Source: an uncultured Pseudomonadales bacterium
Lineage (GTDB): Bacteria; Patescibacteriota; Microgenomatia; UBA1400; PJMF01
Reading direction: 5' to 3'
NCBI GenBank assembly: GCA_964625685.1
Contig: CAZVBO010000001.1
Span: 153,570-217,569, forward strand
Length of the DNA: 64,000 bases
Below are positions 28,071 to 37,195 of the stretch, in pieces (position 1 is the first letter of the stretch; the number at the start of each line of letters is the position of its first letter). The translations under genes were made by a program, and so were the position numbers. The notes under the pieces were generated by a model, which saw nothing but the letters and a program-made list of their open reading frames with translations, made no database searches and was not told the origin of the DNA.

Positions 28071-29216
28071 GTGAAGATGAAACAGAATTTATCACTTTTA
28101 TTTGTCAATCAGTCTTTAAGCATGGGTGGAGCAGAAGTGTTTGATCGAGATCTGTTGATATTGTTAAAACAACAGGGATTCCAAATTCAAGTCATCACCA
28201 ATAGCATCCCTTTTGCTCAGGTTTTAGAGAAAGAAAAAATTAAGGTAGTTCATCAACCCATTGTGATTGACATGGTGGGTGATTGGAAAGGACTTCTTAA
28301 GGCGGTATTCCTGTGGCCATTTTTTGTATTCAGATATGGCATGTTTCTCTTTAAAAACCGGCATAGTATTGATGGAGTATTAATGAGTGGATTCCCGGAA
28401 AAAATTTTGGTAACACCACTTGCTAAGTGGTTGTCTCTACCGGTAATTTGGTTTGAGTTTGGGCCGATGGATGAACTTTTCAAAAAATTTAAAGGATTGC
28501 CAAAAATTCTTTATGACCAAGTTACTCCTTTAGTTGATCAGGTGATTGTGCCCAGTCAAAAAACAACAAAATCTTTACTGGCGACAACCAATTTTCATGT
28601 TTCGAAAATAGCATTTATACCCTGTGGTCGAATGATTCATCTGCAATCATATCGACGAGTTACCAAAGACAAAGTGCCAACATTGGTTTGTGTTTCTCGT
28701 TTAGAACCGGGGAAAGGCCAAGACCTTTTACTTCAAGCTTTTGCTAAAGTGCATCAGCATTATCCTCAAGTCCAGTTGAAAATTGTGGGTCAAGGCGATT
28801 TCTTACCACACTTACGACATCTTGCTCACTCACTCAAACTTGATCCAGTAGTTCATTTTCAGGACTGGGTAAAAGATCCTTTAGTTGAAATGCGAAAAGC
28901 TCAAATTGTAGTTTTTCCTTCGATGTGGGAGTTGGAAGGTTTTGGACTGGCAGTGATCGAAGCTATGGCTATGCAGCGCCCAGTGGTGGCTTTTAATCGG
29001 GCACCAACCAATGAAATTATTGTACACAATCGGACGGGATTATTAGCAACTCCAGGGGATGTTGAGGATTTAGCCTCTAAAATTATTCAACTTTTGGAAG
29101 ACACAGTTTTACAAAAAGAATTAGCGCAAGCAGCAGTGAGTACATTTGAGAAACAATATCAACTATCAAAGTTACTGCCTGACTATATAATGTTGTTTAA
29201 GAAATATTTTACCTAA
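28071..29216 (+). CDS. Glycosyltransferase family 4
   Basis: C-terminal EGFGLAVIEAMAMQRPVVA is the GT4 E-X7-E region. Confidence 0.8.
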   Translation: MKMKQNLSLLFVNQSLSMGGAEVFDRDLLILLKQQGFQIQVITNSIPFAQVLEKEKIKVVHQPIVIDMVGDWKGLLKAVFLWPFFVFRYGMFLFKNRHSIDGVLMSGFPEKILVTPLAKWLSLPVIWFEFGPMDELFKKFKGLPKILYDQVTPLVDQVIVPSQKTTKSLLATTNFHVSKIAFIPCGRMIHLQSYRRVTKDKVPTLVCVSRLEPGKGQDLLLQAFAKVHQHYPQVQLKIVGQGDFLPHLRHLAHSLKLDPVVHFQDWVKDPLVEMRKAQIVVFPSMWELEGFGLAVIEAMAMQRPVVAFNRAPTNEIIVHNRTGLLATPGDVEDLASKIIQLLEDTVLQKELAQAAVSTFEKQYQLSKLLPDYIMLFKKYFT

Positions 29217-29219
29217 ATT

Positions 29220-30179
29220 ATGACAACTCGTCGTCATCAGCTCACAGTAATCATTACTGTCTTCAATGAAGAACAGACCATTACCAGATTGTTAGACAGT
29301 TTGAGTCACCAAATTTTACAGCCAGCTGAAGTTATTTTTACAGATGGAGGTTCAACTGACAGGACGGTTCAATTAATTAAAACCTGGTCAAAAAAGCAAT
29401 CATTTCCGGTTTCAGTCTACAGTCAAAAACTGAATAGAAGCCAAGGAAGAAATTTGGGAATTGCTAAAGCAAAGTTTAATTGGATTGCCATTACGGATGC
29501 GGGTTGTATCCCACATCGAAATTGGTTGCACCAACTTGTTAGACCTTTGTTAGAAAAAAAATCACTCAACAGCGAATATGAAATAATCGCGGGGTACTAT
29601 GATTCGGCCGCTCAGAATAATTTTGAAGAAGCGGTCGTCCCCTATGTATTGGTCATGCCCGAGCGAGTGAATCCAAATGATTTTTTGCCATCTACCCGAT
29701 CAGTTTTATTTCATAAAAAAGTGTGGGAATTAGGGGGCGGTTTCGATGAAAGTTTAGAACTATCAGAGGATCTTGAGTTTTTTCGTCGAATAAAAAAACA
29801 ATTGCCACAAGTAAAGTTTATTTTCTCAGAAAATGCCAAAGTGAGTTGGTTACCTCGCCAAAACTTAGTGGAATTTTGGCAGATGATTCATAGTTTAGCA
29901 GCTGGAGATATCAAAGCTCATATTTATCGACCTAAAGTGGGACTTATTTTTGGTCGCTATGGGTTGGCGATCATATTAATAGGGTTGGGACTGTGGTTTC
30001 AATTTTCTTTCAAATGGTTGTTAACTCTAGGCGTATTCGGATTAATTTTGTATAGTGCTTGGGCTACTAAAAAAAATATCAAATATGTGCCTCATGGTTG
30101 GTATTGGTTGCCTATCCTGCAAATAGTAGCTGACATGGCCGTCATGAGTGGAACAGTGGTGGGTTTTAGCAAAAGGTAA
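29220..30179 (+). CDS. Glycosyltransferase family 2 with C-terminal TM helices
   Basis: LTVIITVFNEE...FTDGGSTD...ITDAGC is the GT2 A-fold. Confidence 0.75.
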   Translation: MTTRRHQLTVIITVFNEEQTITRLLDSLSHQILQPAEVIFTDGGSTDRTVQLIKTWSKKQSFPVSVYSQKLNRSQGRNLGIAKAKFNWIAITDAGCIPHRNWLHQLVRPLLEKKSLNSEYEIIAGYYDSAAQNNFEEAVVPYVLVMPERVNPNDFLPSTRSVLFHKKVWELGGGFDESLELSEDLEFFRRIKKQLPQVKFIFSENAKVSWLPRQNLVEFWQMIHSLAAGDIKAHIYRPKVGLIFGRYGLAIILIGLGLWFQFSFKWLLTLGVFGLILYSAWATKKNIKYVPHGWYWLPILQIVADMAVMSGTVVGFSKR

Positions 30180-30196
30180 AAAGGTAAAATAGGTAA

Positions 30197-31288
30197 ATGA
30201 TGCCCCCAAAAGCTTCTTCATCATTGCTAGCTGGGATCCAACTGATGGGGTGGATTTTCATTCTGTTGATGTTTTTCGCGGAAAGTATTTTTTATCCTGG
30301 ATTTATTCAACTTCATATGGGGATAAATTTGGCTGTTTTGGGAGCACTCATAGTTATCGCTGAGTGGATTTTTTACTGGTGGTCTCAACCAGCATGGGCG
30401 TCTGTTGTCAGTAAATTCATTTTAAAATATGTTTTCCCAGGATTAAGTTTGATATCTGTATGGTTGGGATTGCTTGAACAAACTCATTTCCCAAATTATG
30501 TTTTTAGCACGTTTCATCTTCATCCCAGCATGTTTGCGTGGTTAGTTTTGATCGTGGGTGTGACGGGAATCAGTTTGTTGCCACTCAAAAATTGGCGTCT
30601 GCATGTAAAACAATGGCTGACTTGGTTACCAATGTACGTTGCTCTATTTTTATTACCATTGGCTGCCAATCATTTCTCTCTTTTCATGCAATTTGGCAAT
30701 GAGGATAGTTGGGTAGAGTATGGAACCTTTGGAGCATTTGTAGTGACTGCAATTCTTTCGGTCAAAATTATCCGTGAGTTGTGGCAACACCATGCTCGTG
30801 ATAGTATTTCGATTCTTCTGGCAGGTTGTATTTTAATGGGTGCAATTTTTAGTGCCGGAGAAGAAATTTCTTGGGGGCAACGACTCTTACATTTGTCTGT
30901 TCCTGCAGAATTTGAGGAAGAGAATGTTCAGCAAGAAATCAATATACATAATTTGAGGATCTTTATGGCTGATGATGGTTTTTACTATTTACAACCGATT
31001 ACAGCTATTTACTTATTAATCAGTTTTTATGCCTTAGTATTTTGGATGATTTCGCCTAAACTTCAAAAGTTATTCCCTCAATTTTCTCAGGCAATTCAGT
31101 TGATTACACCTCCACAATGGGTTATAGGTTATTTTTTGCCTATTTTTATCTATTCGCTGTTGCGAATTTTTACGGGGCCGCTGACGTATAAAGTCTGGGA
31201 AGAATTGGCTGAACTGTATTTTGCCATCGGGGTTGTGATTTTTGTTGGTAACTTTACCTTTTTCTCTTTCCAGAGTAAAATACAATGA
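30197..31288 (+). CDS. Hypothetical polytopic membrane protein
   Basis: A 363-aa ORF with about 10 TM helices, located in the glycosylation cluster. Confidence 0.45.
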   Translation: MMPPKASSSLLAGIQLMGWIFILLMFFAESIFYPGFIQLHMGINLAVLGALIVIAEWIFYWWSQPAWASVVSKFILKYVFPGLSLISVWLGLLEQTHFPNYVFSTFHLHPSMFAWLVLIVGVTGISLLPLKNWRLHVKQWLTWLPMYVALFLLPLAANHFSLFMQFGNEDSWVEYGTFGAFVVTAILSVKIIRELWQHHARDSISILLAGCILMGAIFSAGEEISWGQRLLHLSVPAEFEEENVQQEINIHNLRIFMADDGFYYLQPITAIYLLISFYALVFWMISPKLQKLFPQFSQAIQLITPPQWVIGYFLPIFIYSLLRIFTGPLTYKVWEELAELYFAIGVVIFVGNFTFFSFQSKIQ

Positions 31289-31295
31289 TTATTGA

Positions 31296-31480
31296 GCCTT
31301 CATAGTTTAACGGATAGAACAAAGGTTTGCCTGCCCGCAATGCCGTGAAGCGTCTATAGTTTAAGGGATAGAACAATGGTTTGCGGAACCATTAATCCAG
31401 GTTCGAGTCCTGGTAGACGCACAGACTAAGGCAGGCGGGCGGAACCTTCGATCCAGGTTCGATTCCTGGTGAGGGCACCA
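31296..31480 (+). tRNA. tRNA-Gly (anticodon GCC) interrupted at position 37/38 by about 111 nt that contain tRNA-Arg. The 5' exon is 31296-31331 and the 3' exon is 31443-31477 (+CCA)
   Basis: The 5' half GCCTTCA-TA-GTTTAACGGATAGAAC-A-AAGGT-TTGCC pairs with the 3' half ACCTT-CGAT-CCAGGTTCGATTCCTGG-TGAGGGC-A-CCA. The acceptor has 7 of 7 pairs and the anticodon stem AAGGT/ACCTT. The flanking intervening sequence forms a roughly 9-bp helix that sequesters the anticodon. Confidence 0.5.
31350..31421 (+). tRNA. tRNA-Arg (anticodon GCG as read) nested inside the tRNA-Gly intervening sequence
   Basis: A perfect 7-bp acceptor GCGTCTA/TAGACGC, D arm GTTT..AGAAC, anticodon stem ATGGT/ACCAT with loop TTGCGGA, and T arm CCAGGTTCGAGTCCTGG. 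Confidence 0.75.
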
Positions 31481-31570
31481 TAGTTAATTTCCAAAATCCA
31501 AATTTCAGAATTTATTAATGAACCATCTGGATTGGAAAATTGAATTTTGGTTTTTGGATTTTGAAATGGA

Positions 31571-31657
31571 GGCGGAGTGCCGGAGTGGTCTAACGGGCTG
31601 GTCTCGAAAACCACGCGATCCGCAAGGGTCACTAGGGTTCGAATCCCTACTCCGCCG
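31571..31657 (+). tRNA. tRNA-Ser (anticodon CGA), type II with a long variable arm
   Basis: Acceptor GGCGGAG/CTCCGCC, anticodon loop CTCGAAA, variable arm GATCCGCAAGGGTC and T arm TAGGGTTCGAATCCCTA. Confidence 0.75.
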
Positions 31658-31684
31658 CGTAGAAACTGAAACAGCTTTCTCAAC

Positions 31685-31739
31685 TGGTTCGAATCTCTCC
31701 GAGTCTAACGACTCGTAGAGTCGGAGACCCTACTCCGCC
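31685..31739 (+). repeat. Partial duplicate of the tRNA-Ser(CGA) 3' end, interrupted by a 33-nt hairpin
   Basis: GGTTCGAATC [TCTCCGAGTCTAACGACTCGTAGAGTCGGAGA] CCCTACTCCGCCGCC compared with the tRNA's GGTTCGAATCCCTACTCCGCCGCG. Confidence 0.5.
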
Positions 31740-32257
31740 GCCTGGTAGATTCCGATGGTTTTTTGGACAAAGTGATATTGATTCAATGTTTCTTGATCAA
31801 GTTGAATATTACCTCCTTCAGTAAAAACTAGCCATCCTCCAGGTAAGATAATTTCAGAAATAGCTTTAAATAGGTCTTTATAGGCTGCAGGATTATTCAA
31901 TACATAATCCAGTCTTAGAAGTGTTATCAAATTAAATTTATGTCCTCTTTCTGTGGCTTGTCTTATAAAATGAACCATATCCATCGAAACTTGTTTTACT
32001 TTGTCAGATGCTACCTTGGGATTAAGATCGACAGCGGTAATATTTTCCTGCGGAATCTGTAAAAGACGAGCTAATTCTAGTTCAGCGATTCCTGTTCCAC
32101 AAGCTAATGCCAAATATGACGTTGCGGCATTAGCTTCAAAATTTAAGTCCCTCAAGGCTTCAGCAAAAAACCCTACCATTTCAAAAGAGACTGCTTGTTG
32201 GTTATTTTCTGGTAGATCAGGTCTAAAAAACAGTGAACTCAGTTCGTCTGGAGTCAT
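31730..32257 (-). CDS. Putative class I SAM-dependent methyltransferase
   Basis: LACGTGIAELE (glycine-rich motif I) and VDLNP (motif II-like). The similarity is weak. Confidence 0.45.
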   Translation of the reverse strand: MTPDELSSLFFRPDLPENNQQAVSFEMVGFFAEALRDLNFEANAATSYLALACGTGIAELELARLLQIPQENITAVDLNPKVASDKVKQVSMDMVHFIRQATERGHKFNLITLLRLDYVLNNPAAYKDLFKAISEIILPGGWLVFTEGGNIQLDQETLNQYHFVQKTIGIYQAAE

Positions 32258-32383
32258 ATCGTAGGGAGTATATTAACTATCAATTATAGAAAATTATATA
32301 TTAAAACAAATGGCAGTAGATATTACGTTTAGTTTATTCTAAAGTAAAGCATAGCGTATGATTATTTATAATAAAGGTATGGT

Positions 32384-32755
32384 ATGAATAAGAATGAACG
32401 TGGAAAAATCCCTTATAAAGCTGACCTTAATCCACTGGAAAGAGTTCTTTCAATAATTATGTCATTCTGGTCAGCAGAAAGGCGTCAAAGAATGGCTGTG
32501 AATATGGCCCGTAGCTCAGTGAGTTCTCGTTTAAAGGCATTTGGATTGAGAGACTTATTCGAAATAGAGAGTCGTCCACTTACAAATGGTGATTTACAAG
32601 TAGAAATTTCTCCCCTTAGAGAGTTAACTGCTGAAGAGAAGGTACTTCTTCAGGAATTTGCTCGAAAATCTGATATTGACCAATATTCGTGGAAAAAAAT
32701 TAAGACAGGAAATCAATTTCATTACAGACTCTCTAGAGATAGAAGATTATCGTAA
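32384..32755 (+). CDS. Hypothetical protein
   Basis: A 123-aa ORF with no recognisable family. Confidence 0.4.
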   Translation: MNKNERGKIPYKADLNPLERVLSIIMSFWSAERRQRMAVNMARSSVSSRLKAFGLRDLFEIESRPLTNGDLQVEISPLRELTAEEKVLLQEFARKSDIDQYSWKKIKTGNQFHYRLSRDRRLS

Positions 32756-32762
32756 ATACCTG

Positions 32763-33398
32763 ATGAATTTGCAGCCTTCCCAACTCCTTTCATTTTACAA
32801 ACAGGCAGAAAAACTCAAACTGACTTTACGACACAGTTGGTTAAGTGACGGTGTACGACAAGAAAGTGTGGCCGAACACACCTGGATGATGGCACTGATG
32901 GCATTGGTTTTACTCCCTAAAATGAATGTCAAACTTGATCTGCTGAAAGTATTGAAAATGATTATTCTGCATGATTTGGCTGAAGCGAAAACGGCTGACA
33001 TGCCAGTCTGGGAAGGGGTAGTGAATAAACAGCAGAAAGCTAAAGCTGAAAAAGAAGCGATTGATCAACTACTGGGAACATTGGATGAACAGACCAAACA
33101 AGAATTGTTAGAAATCTGGGAAGAGTATGAAGAGAGAACCTCTCTTGAATCTAAGTTGGTGAAAGTGATTGATACTTTAGATGTCATTGTGCAGCATAAC
33201 GTGGCTCCCATTGAAACTTGGGATGATAATGACTATTTATGGCAGTTATCTCCCCTACAAGATAGCTTCTTTGATTTTGATATCTTCTTTCGCATGACTA
33301 AAAATGAGATTGATGCTTGGTCAATTAAGAAAGTGAAGGCCGCTGGTGGATTAGCAAAACTTGATCAAGCAGAAATAGCTAAACGTTCTTCCAAGTAA
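32763..33398 (+). CDS. HD-domain phosphohydrolase (YfbR-like 5'-deoxynucleotidase family)
   Basis: ESVAEHTW ... ILHDLAEAKTADMP is the H...HD...D metal-binding pattern of YfbR-type HD proteins. Confidence 0.65.
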   Translation: MNLQPSQLLSFYKQAEKLKLTLRHSWLSDGVRQESVAEHTWMMALMALVLLPKMNVKLDLLKVLKMIILHDLAEAKTADMPVWEGVVNKQQKAKAEKEAIDQLLGTLDEQTKQELLEIWEEYEERTSLESKLVKVIDTLDVIVQHNVAPIETWDDNDYLWQLSPLQDSFFDFDIFFRMTKNEIDAWSIKKVKAAGGLAKLDQAEIAKRSSK

Positions 33399-33440
33399 AT
33401 TATTTTTTACAACCCACTTTAGTTTTGTTTAAGATAAATT

Positions 33441-33680
33441 ATGAAAATATGTAACTTTTGTGGTAGATGTTTTCTTTCCTGGCTGATTCCTTTTATAGTT
33501 TCTCTCTTTTTTTATAACAGATCGGGTGAGTTGGTAATTGATGTGTTTTTGTTTAAGTCGATTATGATTGTAACCGGAGCACTCATTTCACTCGTTTTAA
33601 TACCATTACTTTTTCAAAAGATTGAAAATCATTATCTGAGAGAAAGTGTAATTATTGGGTTTATCTGGTTAGCAATTTAG
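33441..33680 (+). CDS. Hypothetical small membrane protein
   Basis: A 79-aa ORF with two TM helices. Confidence 0.3.
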   Translation: MKICNFCGRCFLSWLIPFIVSLFFYNRSGELVIDVFLFKSIMIVTGALISLVLIPLLFQKIENHYLRESVIIGFIWLAI

Positions 33681-33885
33681 ATATAGTAATTTTATTACCC
33701 ATGTCAGGTTTATCTTTTTCAGCATACTTTGCTCAAATTGGATTGCGCTACTTAGTGGTTCCTCTTACTTGTTTGACCGTTGGGTTGACTTTACATCACC
33801 ACCATCATTCTCAGTAACACTATTTTTGGTAAGCGAAAAAAAGCGGTTGTTGATATAATTTGATCATTCTTATCGAGGTATATGT

Positions 33886-34578
33886 ATGCGAATTCGACCG
33901 CACAAAATCTCCTGTATTATTCCTGTTTTTAATGAAGCTAAAACATTAACTTTGGTGGCAGAGACTGTTCTCCAGAGTAAGTGGTTAGATGAAGTTATTT
34001 TCATTAATGATGGTTCTACTGATAAATCAGATCAAATTCTTGATCGATTTCGGTCGCATCCCAAATGTACTATATTTTCAACTTCCCAAAATAAAGGAAA
34101 AGGTTGGGCGGTTTCACTCGGTATTTCTGAAGCTAAGTATGATTTAGTGTTACTGTGTGATGCTGATCTGCAGAACTTGCAAGGAACCCATTTAAAACAA
34201 CTGATTGAAACTTTAAAAAAACATCATTGTGCGATGGTTATCGCCAGTCGGAATCCCCTGGATAGCCGAGTAGCACGAGCTTTTGCTTGGGTCTCCGGGG
34301 AAAGAATTTTTTATCGGAAGAATTTGCGTCCCGAATACTTGTTATTGATGAAAGAAGCTGGCAATGGCATGGAGCAGATTATTAACTTTGTCCATCGACG
34401 GAAAAAGGTAGAATTTGTAGTATCAGACGGGGTGGATCACGTCTTGAAGTATCAAAAAGGCTCATGGCAAGATTGGTCCAGTGGCTATGCTAAGGAATCA
34501 TGGCAGTTTTTGAAAACAGAAGCCAAATTACGCCAGATTCAGCTCAAATTAAAAGTGAATGATTGGTTATTTGGCTAA
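33886..34578 (+). CDS. Glycosyltransferase family 2 (polyprenol-phosphate sugar synthase-like)
   Basis: ISCIIPVFNEAKTL...FINDGSTDKS...LLCDADL is the DPM-synthase-like GT2 core. Confidence 0.75.
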   Translation: MRIRPHKISCIIPVFNEAKTLTLVAETVLQSKWLDEVIFINDGSTDKSDQILDRFRSHPKCTIFSTSQNKGKGWAVSLGISEAKYDLVLLCDADLQNLQGTHLKQLIETLKKHHCAMVIASRNPLDSRVARAFAWVSGERIFYRKNLRPEYLLLMKEAGNGMEQIINFVHRRKKVEFVVSDGVDHVLKYQKGSWQDWSSGYAKESWQFLKTEAKLRQIQLKLKVNDWLFG

Positions 34579-35325
34579 TTATTTTCCTTCAAGAGGAATG
34601 TGTGTTTCCAGCCACTCGGCTGCTTTATCAAAATAGGTGGGTTGGGGTTTTTGATTGATTAAAACTTCAGAGAGGAGTTCCGTCAGAGCCTCTTCTTCAA
34701 TTCCGTTCAACAATAAGGTGATACGATTCGGGAAGCGACCAATTTCGATATACATGACCCGTTGATCTAATTTAGTTTCAAACCAAAACCGGCCCATTTC
34801 CTCCCAGTAGTAAAGTTGCTCATCGATATGAATTCCCCAAGTGGTAATCTTATTGTGAACTTCTTGAGGTGGAATCGAGTTCATTACATAGGACAAAAAG
34901 CCAATCGAAATGACTACGGCAATCGGTAAAAATTGTCCGGCAAAGAACAAAATCAGGGAGATTAAAACCACAATGGCAATAATAGTGCGATAGTATTGCT
35001 GATCACGTTTTTTAAAGGGACGACTGGGAGCATCCCACTCCACAATCAGTTCTTCCGGAACAGGCGTAAATTGGCCGGGAAAGGTTTCTGATTCCCGGAA
35101 GGCCGTGTTAGGGTTATTGTAATCTTGAGTCGTTGGCTGAGGTTCAGTTGAGGGCATTTCCTCGTCAGCGGGGGAAGGTTGATAAGGTTGAGGATTAGTT
35201 GGTGGTTCAGGCAGGGAAGTAGTAACAGGGGGTTCTGGAGTAGGCTCAGTTCGTTGCAAACGACGCTGTCGAAGCTGTTCTAAATAGGCTAGAGAAGAGA
35301 GTGGTCCGGAAGCGGAATCTGCCAT
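34579..35325 (-). CDS. Hypothetical membrane protein with a Pro-rich N-terminal region
   Basis: A 248-aa ORF with PEPPVTTSLPEPPTNPQPYQPSP low-complexity sequence, then 2 TM helices, then a globular C-terminal domain. Confidence 0.4.
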   Translation of the reverse strand: MADSASGPLSSLAYLEQLRQRRLQRTEPTPEPPVTTSLPEPPTNPQPYQPSPADEEMPSTEPQPTTQDYNNPNTAFRESETFPGQFTPVPEELIVEWDAPSRPFKKRDQQYYRTIIAIVVLISLILFFAGQFLPIAVVISIGFLSYVMNSIPPQEVHNKITTWGIHIDEQLYYWEEMGRFWFETKLDQRVMYIEIGRFPNRITLLLNGIEEEALTELLSEVLINQKPQPTYFDKAAEWLETHIPLEGK

Positions 35326-35438
35326 AATTTAAGTTTACCCTAATCCAGGCAGTTTTTTCTAGTATTGAAAGCTATCTGAGATTGACTGTTTAAGAGGAGT
35401 TAGGTATATTTTGATGTTATTTGATAACTTAACATAAT

Positions 35439-36023
35439 ATGGATGCATCAGAAAAAGTAACCACTCAACCAGAAACTGTTCGGAAGTTTCCTAAGTCAGC
35501 TATTACTCCAGGGGAATTGTTTGAAAACTTGAATAAAGATGTTCCACCTATAGCATCTTTACTGAAGGCATCTGTTTCTTTTTTCTTGATTCAACAATTT
35601 TCGATACGACAAAAAGACCATCACCTAAGAGAATTTTTTAAATTTTTTACTCTCGATTTCTTAAATTCCACTGAATCACAATTAGGGAATATGCTCCTGT
35701 ATATTTTTTTGGTTAGTGTGGGTACACTTTATGCGTCATTTCCTATGATTCTCTTGAAGGAGTTAAGTGATAGTACACAGTTACTTGATTTAACGGTAAA
35801 CTCCGGAGGTGAAATGTCGTCTTATCTATGGAGTTTAGTTGTAGTGGCGATGGGAATGTTTTTAATTGGAGAAAGAGTTAAACCCAATTACGAATTGATT
35901 GACAGTTATACCAAAAAAATTTTAGAAAATGACCAGGCTACAATAAAAAAAGATGGATTTTTAAAAATATCTAACACAGATGGAAAATGCGGCAAGATTA
36001 GCTTTAGCGAATTACTTGAGTGA
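35439..36023 (+). CDS. Hypothetical membrane protein
   Basis: A 194-aa ORF with 3-4 hydrophobic segments. Confidence 0.35.
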   Translation: MDASEKVTTQPETVRKFPKSAITPGELFENLNKDVPPIASLLKASVSFFLIQQFSIRQKDHHLREFFKFFTLDFLNSTESQLGNMLLYIFLVSVGTLYASFPMILLKELSDSTQLLDLTVNSGGEMSSYLWSLVVVAMGMFLIGERVKPNYELIDSYTKKILENDQATIKKDGFLKISNTDGKCGKISFSELLE

Positions 36024-36234
36024 GGCTGATGTCTATGTGTCAAGAACCTATCCATCAGTTAGTCATAACTTCCTTTATGAACTTACTCACTTTGTAGTTT
36101 TTACTTTGCTTAATAATAAATGGTAAGAAAAGTTACCATCCAAAACATAACTGTATACCAGCTATTTGGGGATCTTAACCAACCAACATGAGAACAAACT
36201 GAGAATTTTACCTTTGGTGAGATATGATATTGAT

Positions 36235-36570
36235 ATGAATGAAAATCGATTAAAAGTTCTATTTGTTTGTTCTCATAATCAGTGGCGAAGTCCTACAGCT
36301 GAAAAATTCTATGCTAGGGATGATAGGCTGGAAGTACGATCAGCCGGAACTAGCAGTTGTGCTCGGCATACTATTTCTATTCGTGATGTTAAATGGGCTG
36401 ACCTGATTTTGTGTATGGAATCAAAACATGTAGAACTGTTGAAACAACGATTTTCTGCTTTACCAGAGATAGAATCACTCGATATTTCCAATGAGTATCA
36501 TTATGGTGACTTAGAATTGATTGAAGAAATCTATGTAAAAACAGAATTGATTTTAGAAGGCCTAGTTTAA
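36235..36570 (+). CDS. Low-molecular-weight protein-tyrosine phosphatase / ArsC-like (LMWPc fold)
   Basis: VLFVCSHNQWRSPTAE is the CX5R(S/T) P-loop. A downstream D likely corresponds to the DP general-acid motif. Confidence 0.65.
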   Translation: MNENRLKVLFVCSHNQWRSPTAEKFYARDDRLEVRSAGTSSCARHTISIRDVKWADLILCMESKHVELLKQRFSALPEIESLDISNEYHYGDLELIEEIYVKTELILEGLV

Positions 36571-37023
36571 GACTAGAATACTTAAATTAAGAATGCCGGC
36601 GAAACTGACCCACAAGATATACGGTAACAGCAGATAAGCCGCCCATTTGTCTTGGCGGAGACTTCGGCGAATCAAGACCACGATTGAAATCCACAAAGCG
36701 ATGATGCCGACTAAGCCCAAGAGTGGTGATTGTAAACCAAAGAAGAGAACTGACCACAGAATATTAAGTCCCAGTTGGATAAAAAAGAGTTTGATAATTG
36801 GCTGTTTCTTTTTGCCTTTTTTGATCCAAAACAGATACAAAAAAATTCCCATTAAGGCGTAGAGCGTAGTCCAAACTGGGGCAAACACCCAACTGGGAGG
36901 GGTAATAGTAGGTTTATTCAAAGTGTTATACCAAGTAGGAATATTGGGGGACGTGAAAAGTGAACCTGAGATTCCAGCAATTTGAGTTAAAGCGATGGCG
37001 CCAAAGAATTTTTTAAGATGCAT
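36562..37023 (-). CDS. tspO: TspO/MBR family tryptophan-rich sensory protein
   Basis: A 153-aa protein with 5 TM helices and W-rich conserved segments (WYNTLNKP, WVFAPVWTTLY). Confidence 0.8.
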   Translation of the reverse strand: MHLKKFFGAIALTQIAGISGSLFTSPNIPTWYNTLNKPTITPPSWVFAPVWTTLYALMGIFLYLFWIKKGKKKQPIIKLFFIQLGLNILWSVLFFGLQSPLLGLVGIIALWISIVVLIRRSLRQDKWAAYLLLPYILWVSFAGILNLSILVLN

Positions 37024-37195
37024 GAGACTCCTTTTTTGTATACTTCATTGTATCCATAAAGAGAGTGGCGATACAAGCCTTTTTTCTATTTTCTTTTCAG
37101 ATCCAGGCTTGATATTATAGTGATTGAGATCCCGAAATAAATTCGGGATGACAGTTTCTTAGTTTCAATTGTCATGCTGAACTTGTTTCAGCATC

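Noticed and set aside
31332-31442. Group I intron in tRNA-Gly
   Set aside because: The intervening segment is only about 111 nt and is almost entirely a tRNA-Arg. There is no P3-P7 core and no room for one.
31426-31718. ORFs 31426..31683 (-) and 31518..31718 (+) from the six-frame track
   Set aside because: They lie entirely over the tRNA-Gly 3' exon, tRNA-Ser(CGA) and the tRNA 3'-end duplicate. The translations are low-complexity with no start context, so they are spurious.
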